Shown here one piece after another: positions 9,881 through 16,533 of a DNA stretch of 32,000 nucleotides. The stretch is taken from assembly GCF_000091665.1 (NCBI RefSeq), contig NC_000909.1:503581-535580 (forward strand). The letters run 5' to 3'. The notes below the pieces were generated by a model, which did no database searches, was not told the origin of the DNA, and saw nothing but the letters and a program-made list of their open reading frames with translations. Position 1 is the stretch's first letter. Each line of letters opens with the position of its first letter. The position numbers and the translations under genes are program-made. The DNA comes from Methanocaldococcus jannaschii DSM 2661. Its GTDB lineage: Archaea > AGJL01 > Methanococci > Methanococcales > Methanocaldococcaceae.

Positions 9881-10686
9881 ATAAATTCTTTTAATTTTTC
9901 ATAAAGCTCTTTTATTGATTCTGATACTTTGCTATTACTATCACAAAGCAAAATCTTATTTGCAATCAATTTTGGAACATCAAAATCAAAAGGAATTGAA
10001 TGGAATATTTTGAATGGGTAGTTAATGTTATTCATGCCCTTTTTATTCTCAACAATTAAATATTCAACATTAAAGAAATTTAGTGTTTCTATTAATCTTA
10101 AACAATCATTAACACTTGATTTTGTTGGCTCAACTATACATAAAGCTAAATCAACATCTTTAACCGTTGAGATTAATGGACATCCAACTCCTGGAGGGCC
10201 ATCTATAATCCCCAACTCTGCTTTATATTTTTTGGCATGGTTTTTTATATGCTCAATAATCTTTCCACTTCCACTCTCACCAACCTCTAACTCTCCCCAA
10301 ATTAACGGAAAGCCAACAAAACCTTCGTAGATATAACCACTTTCACGTTTAATTGGCTCTATTGCATCAAATTCACAGATTAGCTCACAAGCTCCACAAC
10401 CTTCACACAGTATTGGATTTATCTTAAAATCCCCTATAGCGTCAAATTGACAGACATCTAAGCATTTTCCACATCTTATGCAGTCATCATTTATCTCATA
10501 TATCTCACGATAGATAACTTCCAACAATTTTTTATCTTTAACATCAAACATTAAGTTAAAGTTTGGTGCATCAACATCACAATCTAATGCTACAATATTA
10601 AACTCTTTTGAAAACAGCTTAGCTAAGGATGTTGAAATAGAAGATTTTCCTACTCCTCCTTTCCCTGAGATAATTGCTATCTTCAT
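9877..10686 (-). CDS. MinD/Mrp-superfamily P-loop ATPase with an inserted 2x[4Fe-4S] ferredoxin domain
   Basis: Deviant Walker A SGKGGVGKSS, plus two CxxCxxCxxxC motifs (CIRCGKCLDVC and CEGCGACELIC). The start is moved to MKIAIISGKGG (ATG 10686), 2 nt after the upstream stop. The track start is 10707. Confidence 0.85.
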   Translation of the reverse strand: MKIAIISGKGGVGKSSISTSLAKLFSKEFNIVALDCDVDAPNFNLMFDVKDKKLLEVIYREIYEINDDCIRCGKCLDVCQFDAIGDFKINPILCEGCGACELICEFDAIEPIKRESGYIYEGFVGFPLIWGELEVGESGSGKIIEHIKNHAKKYKAELGIIDGPPGVGCPLISTVKDVDLALCIVEPTKSSVNDCLRLIETLNFFNVEYLIVENKKGMNNINYPFKIFHSIPFDFDVPKLIANKILLCDSNSKVSESIKELYEKLKEFI

Positions 10687-10688
10687 TA

Positions 10689-11489
10689 TTATCCCCAAAT
10701 AATCCAATTTGCAATCTCTTCTATATAATTTCTCAAATCATTATATTTTAAAAAACTCTCTCCTTTGCAGTAGCATTCAACTATTCTCTTATCATAAGGA
10801 ATTTTGAAGTTATAACCAATTTTTAAATCACTGATTCCATATCTATTCAAAACAATCTTGTATGGAATATTTAGCTTTTCCACAACCTTGATTATCCTCT
10901 TTGCATCTGAAACACCAAAAGGTGTTGGCTCTGTAACTATAAGGACTTTATCTGCGTTAATTAATGCTCTCACAACGTTACAGTGAGTTCCTGCGGCAGT
11001 ATCTACAATGTTAATTTCGCAGTTTTTTGATAAACCATATTTCTTTGTTTCAGTTACGATTTTTGCTGTCTTTCTCTCTCCCAAGTTTGATTTTCCTACA
11101 ATTAGATATCCATTATCAAATTTTTTCTCGTAAATCTTTCCAATGCTCTTCTTTTTAAATGTTATATTGCTATTTATTCCACAAGCTTTACAGCCACTGC
11201 ATAAATCCTCAATAAATATTAATTTATCTCCAACTTTTAATAAAGCTCCTTCTTTACATACATTATTATAGTTGTAAGTTTTACCCTCCTCTATATTTGG
11301 AACTTCAATAAAAACTTCTCTTGCTAAGAATAAATCCTCACAACCTGTTAAGTAGGGAAGATTTGGCGTCTCAACATCACAATCTATTAAAGCAGTTTTA
11401 TAATTCTCAATAAAATAAAAAAAGAGGTTTGCTGACAAGGTAGATTTTCCAGTCCCTCCTTTACCACCAGTTACTGCAACAATCATCAT
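10689..11489 (-). CDS. MinD/Mrp-superfamily P-loop ATPase paralogue with a degenerate Cys insert
   Basis: Walker A TGGKGGTGKST and only one CxxCxxC motif (CSGCKAC). The track start at 11498 is TTG. ATG 11489 or 11486 (MMIVAVTGG) is more likely. Confidence 0.85.
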   Translation of the reverse strand: MMIVAVTGGKGGTGKSTLSANLFFYFIENYKTALIDCDVETPNLPYLTGCEDLFLAREVFIEVPNIEEGKTYNYNNVCKEGALLKVGDKLIFIEDLCSGCKACGINSNITFKKKSIGKIYEKKFDNGYLIVGKSNLGERKTAKIVTETKKYGLSKNCEINIVDTAAGTHCNVVRALINADKVLIVTEPTPFGVSDAKRIIKVVEKLNIPYKIVLNRYGISDLKIGYNFKIPYDKRIVECYCKGESFLKYNDLRNYIEEIANWIIWG

Positions 11490-11490
11490 C

Positions 11491-11820
11491 TCACTCAAAT
11501 TTTTCTAATTTTCCTTCTAAAAATAGCTTTATGCATTCATCAATAGATGTTGTATTAGCTTTATAAACATCAATGCCAAGCTGTTTAAAAACACTGTATG
11601 CCTTAGGTCCTATATTTTGGACTATTATGGCATTTACACCCATATTTGCAATTAATGAGGCTGATGTAGTTCCAACTCCATGCATGCCATTTCTTGCAGT
11701 GTTTTCAATGATCTCTTTATTTTTTATCTCTCCATTTTCAATCTCTACAATCATGAATTTTTCACACCTTCCAAAGTGTGGAGATAGCCGATTGTTATCT
11801 ATAGGTAGAGCTATTTTCAT
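11491..11820 (-). CDS. NifX/NifB-C-terminal-like (dinitrogenase FeMo-cofactor-binding fold) small protein
   Basis: MKIALPIDNNRLSPHFGRCEKFMIVEI... is typical of the NifX/NifY/NafY-type domain. An SD GGTGA (complement of 11826-11830) lies 5 nt before ATG 11820. The track start is 11847. Confidence 0.8.
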   Translation of the reverse strand: MKIALPIDNNRLSPHFGRCEKFMIVEIENGEIKNKEIIENTARNGMHGVGTTSASLIANMGVNAIIVQNIGPKAYSVFKQLGIDVYKANTTSIDECIKLFLEGKLEKFE

Positions 11821-11907
11821 TAATTTCACCTTTAAAATTTTCGTCATTCTTCAATATTACAACGCTTATGCGAGAAAATATATAAAATTTACTGAAATAT
11901 TATCCAA

Positions 11908-11967
11908 ATATTTGAATTCTTTTTAAAAATATTAAAATATATCAATTAATCGAAAACTATAAATATT
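11908..11967 (+). promoter_or_regulatory. Conserved 60-bp promoter-proximal element, copy C
   Basis: Sequence atatttgaattctttttaaaaatattaaaatatatcaattaatcgaaaactataaatatt. It matches copy B at 55/60 positions and ends 143 nt before ATG 12111. Confidence 0.6.
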
Positions 11968-11988
11968 ACTTTTAAAACCCAATAATAT

Positions 11989-12098
11989 TTAGTGTCTTTC
12001 AAAACATTTTGTAATACCTTAAGGTATTAATGAACGCCTTCCTTTAGGAAGGTGTTCAAATTTTCCTTAATAAATTTATTAATTTTGAAAGACACTAA
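11989..12098. repeat. 110-bp element bounded by perfect 16-bp terminal inverted repeats and containing three internal hairpins (MITE-like insertion or structured 5' leader)
   Basis: ttagtgtctttcaaaa (11989-12004) is the exact reverse complement of ttttgaaagacactaa (12083-12098). Internal hairpins: 12012-12018/12023-12029; 12031-12042/12047-12058 (12 bp including one G-U pair, loop ttta); and the palindrome ttaataaatttattaa at 12067-12082. Confidence 0.6.
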
Positions 12099-12110
12099 TT
12101 GGTGAGGGTT

Positions 12111-12359
12111 ATGGTAGTGATAAGGATATTCGGAACGGGCTGTCCAAAATGTAACCAAACATACGAGAACGTTAAAAAAGCAGTAGAAGAACTTGGCATA
12201 GATGCAGAGATTGTTAAAGTTACAGATGTCAATGAGATAGCTGAATGGGTTTTTGTTACACCTGGAGTAGCATTTGACGATGTAATTGTCTTTGAAGGAA
12301 AAATTCCCTCTGTTGAGGAAATTAAGGAAGAGTTAAAAAGTTACTTAGAGGGGAAATAA
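12111..12359 (+). CDS. Thioredoxin-fold 'redox-active disulfide protein 2'-type small protein (CPKC active site)
   Basis: MVVIRIFGTGCPKCNQTYENVKKA... is the typical N-terminus of this family. An SD ggtgagg lies at 12101-12107. The track start at 12099 is TTG. Confidence 0.8.
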   Translation: MVVIRIFGTGCPKCNQTYENVKKAVEELGIDAEIVKVTDVNEIAEWVFVTPGVAFDDVIVFEGKIPSVEEIKEELKSYLEGK

Positions 12360-12745
12360 TGAAAGTGGCAATTATCGCATGTCAAAAAATGGTTGAAATG
12401 GGATGTCCTGGGAAAGAGGCATGCGTATCTTGCTTTAAAGCAATAAATGAGAAGAGTGGAGCTTTTGAAAGATACAAAGATGTTGAGTTAGTTGCATTTA
12501 CAACCTGTGGGGGTTGTCCTGGAAGGAGATTTCCAATGAGAGTAAAGCTATTAAAAACTGCTGCTGGAGCTGAAGCTATTCATATAGCAAACTGCACCTT
12601 CTTACAGCCAGAATGCCCATACATAAACTTTGATGAAATCTGTAAGAAGTTGATGGAAGAGTTGGAGATTCCAATTGTATTTGGAACTCATACATTGGTT
12701 AAGAAAGGAGAAGTTGTTTGCACCTGTGGAGACAATAAGGAATAA
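12359..12745 (+). CDS. CGGC-domain protein
   Basis: Contains the TTCGGCPGRR motif and several additional Cys residues. Its ATG overlaps the upstream stop (ATAATG junction), which suggests translational coupling. Confidence 0.75.
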   Translation: MKVAIIACQKMVEMGCPGKEACVSCFKAINEKSGAFERYKDVELVAFTTCGGCPGRRFPMRVKLLKTAAGAEAIHIANCTFLQPECPYINFDEICKKLMEELEIPIVFGTHTLVKKGEVVCTCGDNKE

Positions 12746-12811
12746 CCCTATATTTATTTTTATAAATATTTTGATTAATTAACTCAAATTTATAGATTAT
12801 GTGGTGAAAAT

Positions 12812-12985
12812 ATGATTGTTTGGAACTTAATCTGTCCAAAGTGTGGAAAGAGGTTGAGATATAAGGTAGATGTTTGCCCGTGCATGGCTTCTGAGGTAGA
12901 GCTTCCAAACTGCCCAGATTGTGGAGAAAAGATGGTTCATGATTATACTTCATTAAAAGGAAGAAGGAGAATTAGGAGGGGATGA
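12812..12985 (+). CDS. 57-aa zinc-ribbon protein with a basic tail (not in the ORF track)
   Basis: Sequence MIVWNLICPKCGKRLRYKVDVCPCMASEVELPNCPDCGEKMVHDYTSLKGRRRIRRG*. An SD gtggtga lies at 12801-12807. The stop TGA overlaps the permease ATG (ATGA at 12982-12985). Cys pairs are CPKC, CPC and CPDC. Confidence 0.6.
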   Translation: MIVWNLICPKCGKRLRYKVDVCPCMASEVELPNCPDCGEKMVHDYTSLKGRRRIRRG

Positions 12986-14079
12986 AAATGGATGTTATGA
13001 GCTTTATAATGAACATTATTAATGTTATGATAAACACAATCATCGATTATTTAAATGTAAATAGAGTCTTAGCCTTATTGATGGCTTTCTTAATGGCTGG
13101 AGGCATTGCTTCAATGATTAACAAGAACTTTATTATAAAATATTTCGGTTCAAACACACCAAAATACATATCCTATACTGTAGCTGCTGTTAGTGGTAGC
13201 TTATTAGCTGTCTGTTCTTGCACTATCCTTCCATTATTTGCCAGTATTTACAAAAGAGGAGCTGGAATAGGGCCAGCAACAACATTCTTGTTCTCTGGGC
13301 CAGCAATAAATGTTTTGGCTATATTTTACTCAGCGGCATTGCTTGGATGGGACATTGGATTTTTAAGGGCTGTGTTTGCAGTAGTAGTCTCAATACTTAT
13401 TGGTTTATCAATGGAGATAATATTTAAAAGCCATGAGAAAAAGAGAGCTTTAAGAGTCCCAAAGGCAGATAAAATATCAGATAGGCCTCTATATCAAACA
13501 ATAACATTCTTTGCTCTGCAGTTTATCATGTTGTTGGTAATTACCGCCTCACCCAAGCTGTTTCCAACGTTATCAATGCCTCTATACGATGGATTTTTAT
13601 TAAAGCATCTGCTATTTATAATACTTGGGATTATCTTGGCTGTAACAACAAAAATCTGGTTTAAAGATGAGGAGATTAAGAACTGGCTCAGAGAGAGCTT
13701 TACACTGCTAAAGATTGTCTTTCCACTGCTAATTATTGGAGTTGCCATAGCTGGAGCTATTAAGGCAATTATCCCACCAAGTTATATAGCAACCTATGTA
13801 GGAGGAAACTCCATAACTGCCAACTTTATTGCCTCATTTATTGGAGCTTTGATGTATTTCGCCACATTAACAGAAGTGCCAATTATAAAGGCATTGATGG
13901 AGCTTGGTATGGGTGTAGGGCCGGCAATGGCTCTGCTGTTAGCTGGACCAAGTTTGAGTATTCCAACAGTCTTAACCATCTCAAAAGTCTTAGGAAAGAC
14001 GAAGGCTTTAACATATTTGGGTTTAGTTGTTATATTCTCAACAATATGTGGCTATATAGCTGGAATAATCCTCAGATAA
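12982..14079 (+). CDS. COG0701/DUF318-type permease (ArsP-like family)
   Basis: Polytopic membrane protein with a vicinal-Cys motif AVCSCTILP in an early TM segment, as I recall for ArsP-type permeases. Its genomic context (thioredoxin-like and CGGC genes) is typical for this family. Confidence 0.8.
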   Translation: MKMDVMSFIMNIINVMINTIIDYLNVNRVLALLMAFLMAGGIASMINKNFIIKYFGSNTPKYISYTVAAVSGSLLAVCSCTILPLFASIYKRGAGIGPATTFLFSGPAINVLAIFYSAALLGWDIGFLRAVFAVVVSILIGLSMEIIFKSHEKKRALRVPKADKISDRPLYQTITFFALQFIMLLVITASPKLFPTLSMPLYDGFLLKHLLFIILGIILAVTTKIWFKDEEIKNWLRESFTLLKIVFPLLIIGVAIAGAIKAIIPPSYIATYVGGNSITANFIASFIGALMYFATLTEVPIIKALMELGMGVGPAMALLLAGPSLSIPTVLTISKVLGKTKALTYLGLVVIFSTICGYIAGIILR

Positions 14080-14098
14080 GATAATATTTGGTGAAGAA

Positions 14099-14716
14099 AT
14101 GAAAAAATTAGCTTTTTTAATACTTTTAATTGTATTTTCTAATTTATCATTAGTAAATGCTATAGATGACAATATCTCAAATTACAGCAAAGAAATTAAT
14201 GAACTTACTGTAAAATTAAAAGAATTAGAGAGTAAAAATCCAAACGATGAGAGGATTGAAGAATATAAAGAGAAACTAAAACAATTGATAGAGAAACAGC
14301 ATGAATTAAAATCTCAAAATCTAAAATATAATGAAACTTTGGCATATATCCAAAGTGAAGAGTATTGGAAAATGCAGGAAGAGATTTGGGAATATAACAA
14401 TAAGGTTATGAAATGGTTTATTGCTATCTCAATCTTAATTTTAGGGATAATTTTAGCTACATTATGGATTCTTAGAAAAGATAAGTTTTTGTTATTCTTG
14501 GCAATATTTGGGTTGATAGTCCCATTCTTACAATTTAAAATTCCGAATTGGTTATTTAATATCTTAGCACTGCCTTTATTTGTCTATATTAAATTTATCG
14601 TTCCCGAATGCGCAGAAGGAAGCTTTTACTACAGCCCTTTAATAACTATACCAATCTCAATGTATGGATGGATATTAATTGGTTTGGCAGTTAAATTTAT
14701 AATAAAAAAGTATTAA
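14099..14716 (+). CDS. Hypothetical membrane protein (signal peptide, coiled-coil segment, three C-terminal TM helices)
   Basis: An SD tggtga lies upstream, 19 nt after the permease stop (same operon). The N-terminus is hydrophobic, followed by a K/E-rich helical region. Confidence 0.6.
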   Translation: MKKLAFLILLIVFSNLSLVNAIDDNISNYSKEINELTVKLKELESKNPNDERIEEYKEKLKQLIEKQHELKSQNLKYNETLAYIQSEEYWKMQEEIWEYNNKVMKWFIAISILILGIILATLWILRKDKFLLFLAIFGLIVPFLQFKIPNWLFNILALPLFVYIKFIVPECAEGSFYYSPLITIPISMYGWILIGLAVKFIIKKY

Positions 14717-14720
14717 AAAT

Positions 14721-14891
14721 TTATAACTCTTTTTTAACCTTCTCATTTAATTCTTTTAATTTGTTGTATAGCTCTTCGTAATCCTTAGTTTCTAAGCCAA
14801 GTTCTTTTAATTGGTTTAGTATAGCTTCAAAATGCTCCTCTGTATGATGTAAAGTATGAAGAAGCTTTTTTATTAATTTTTCCCTTTCCAT
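14721..14891 (-). CDS. 56-aa helical His-rich hypothetical protein (not in the ORF track)
   Basis: Sequence MEREKLIKKLLHTLHHTEEHFEAILNQLKELGLETKDYEELYNKLKELNEKVKKEL*. An SD GGTGA lies 4 nt upstream of the ATG (complement of 14896-14900). Confidence 0.4.
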   Translation of the reverse strand: MEREKLIKKLLHTLHHTEEHFEAILNQLKELGLETKDYEELYNKLKELNEKVKKEL

Positions 14892-14981
14892 ATTTTCACC
14901 AGTTAGTTATTTATACCCAACAATATAAACTAATGTTATCCAAAGTATATAAATGTTATTAAATTTTTGAGGGATAGTATT

Positions 14982-15479
14982 ATGCAAATGTGTGAGTTAT
15001 GCGGAAAGCTTACAGATAAGCTTTACAAGGTAATTATTGAAGGCTCTGAAATGAATGTCTGTAAAGAGTGTGCTAAATTTGGCAAAAGTCCAAAAACATA
15101 TTCAAGATTAGGTAAAAAAACTATAATAGGAAAAGGAACAATAACTACTAATAAACAAGTTAAAAAGCCTATTAAAAGAAGAAGAGATATATTTGATACT
15201 TTACCAATGTTAAGAGAGGATTATGGGGATGTTATTAGAGAAGCAAGAGAAAAGAGAGGTTTATCAATAGAAGAACTTGCTAAAAAACTTAAAATGAAAG
15301 CAAGTACTTTACAAAAATTTGAAAGGTATGAGTTAGAACCAAATGAAAAAGAAATTAAAATATTAGAGAAAGAGTTAAAAATAAGCTTAACTGAAAGTAT
15401 TGGGGAAGAAACTTCATATTATGGTGGTAGAGATGAAGATGGATTTACATTAGGTGATTTCATTAAAATTAAGAAATAA
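14982..15479 (+). CDS. mbf1: Archaeal MBF1 (multiprotein-bridging factor 1): N-terminal zinc ribbon plus C-terminal XRE-type HTH
   Basis: CELCG...CKECAKFG zinc ribbon, and an HTH segment [36 protein letters not shown]. The track start at 14967 is TTG. ATG 14982 follows the TATA-like agtatataaatg at 14944-14955. Confidence 0.85.
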
Positions 15480-15491
15480 TGAGGTAATAAT

Positions 15492-15614
15492 ATGGAAGGA
15501 GAAAGCTTATTTTTATTAGTTTCAATACTTTCTTTTGCAGTTATCATAAGTTTTGTAGTAGGATTATATATCTGGTATTTTAAATTAGGTGGTAGAAAGA
15601 TGATAGAGGATTAA
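15492..15614 (+). CDS. 40-aa single-TM mini-protein (not in the ORF track)
   Basis: Sequence MEGESLFLLVSILSFAVIISFVVGLYIWYFKLGGRKMIED*. An SD gaggt lies at 15481-15485, 12 nt after the MBF1 stop. Confidence 0.4.
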   Translation: MEGESLFLLVSILSFAVIISFVVGLYIWYFKLGGRKMIED

Positions 15615-15835
15615 CTTATTTTAATTTTTTGTAAATATCGTATAATATGGCTGAAAATACCCAAACAGTAAAAAATATTGCTACTGTATCTACTATTATC
15701 AAAGTCGTTCCTACACTAAAGGATACAACTCCAGAAGCAGTTTGTAAGTTGTAGCCCCTAAAAATACAATTTCATAACCAAAAATTATTTTAAATACATC
15801 AAATAAGTATGAGTAAAAAATAGAGGTTGATGAGT

Positions 15836-15955
15836 ATGGAACTTAATCCATTGATTATTGGAGTTATAGCAATACTTGTTTTTATATGTGGAGTTATGGC
15901 AATATTTTACTATTATTTTAGCAAGTTTGAGAAAGATATGAAGGATGCAAATTAA
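15836..15955 (+). CDS. 39-aa single-TM mini-protein (not in the ORF track)
   Basis: Sequence MELNPLIIGVIAILVFICGVMAIFYYYFSKFEKDMKDAN*. An SD-like gaggt lies at 15823-15827. The architecture matches the ORF at 15492. Confidence 0.4.
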   Translation: MELNPLIIGVIAILVFICGVMAIFYYYFSKFEKDMKDAN

Positions 15956-16413
15956 TTTTTACTTATTTTCTTTAGATTTTTTATGATTTTTAGGTATTTG
16001 ATAATTAAGGTTGTTATTATTGTAAATCCTACGATTAAAACTAATCCTACAATGAATACGAATTCGATTGGTTTTAATGGGTGTTCTATTTGATATAATT
16101 CCATTGTGGTTAATGTTGCTAATATTGTAGCCAATATTGTTAGTGTTAAATCTCTGACAAATACACACCAGAGTTTATGCTTATCATAAATGGTTAAGTT
16201 TTCCATACATCTATAGGTTAAACCCATTCCAATTAAAATATTGAACCAGATTATGGGCGTTGGAAGTAATAAACACAATAAAAAGGTGTTAGTCTCTATT
16301 TTAAAAAACATTGAATAAATAATAATTGCTAATATCGAAGCAATCCAATAACCAATAAGTGTAATGACAACCTTAAGTATGAATGAAGAGTGTGCTTTAT
16401 ATTCATTAACCAT
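15952..16413 (-). CDS. Hypothetical integral membrane protein (about four TM helices)
   Basis: A long ORF with clear hydrophobic segments. No recognisable family. Confidence 0.6.
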   Translation of the reverse strand: MVNEYKAHSSFILKVVITLIGYWIASILAIIIYSMFFKIETNTFLLCLLLPTPIIWFNILIGMGLTYRCMENLTIYDKHKLWCVFVRDLTLTILATILATLTTMELYQIEHPLKPIEFVFIVGLVLIVGFTIITTLIIKYLKIIKNLKKISKN

Positions 16414-16533
16414 GGCAACACCATTGGGGGCTTATTTTTTTATTTTCCTAATTTTTTAAGAGATATTTAAATCCCACAATAATTTTTCCTTTTATTATTT
16501 TTATTATTTTCCTAAAACTTCTTACTGAATCTT

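Noticed and set aside
12761-12780. A fourth partial copy of the 60-bp element: tataaatatt (12761-12770) followed by gattaatt (12773-12780, the inverse of aattaatc), 41 nt upstream of the zinc-ribbon ORF
   Set aside because: Only a 10-mer and an 8-mer match. At this AT content I estimate one or two chance occurrences of such a 10-mer per 32 kb on both strands. It may be an internal promoter, but I cannot tell it from chance.
12699-12953. 84-aa minus-strand track ORF between the CGGC gene and the permease gene
   Set aside because: The + strand 57-codon zinc-ribbon ORF (12812-12985) has an SD, Cys-pair motifs and an ATGA overlap with the permease. The minus ORF has none of these and overlaps the end of the CGGC gene.
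13218-13979. Three track ORFs (13218-13427 on the + strand out of frame; 13494-13748 and 13794-13979 on the minus strand) within the permease gene
   Set aside because: They are embedded in a continuous polytopic membrane-protein frame and have no independent start signals.
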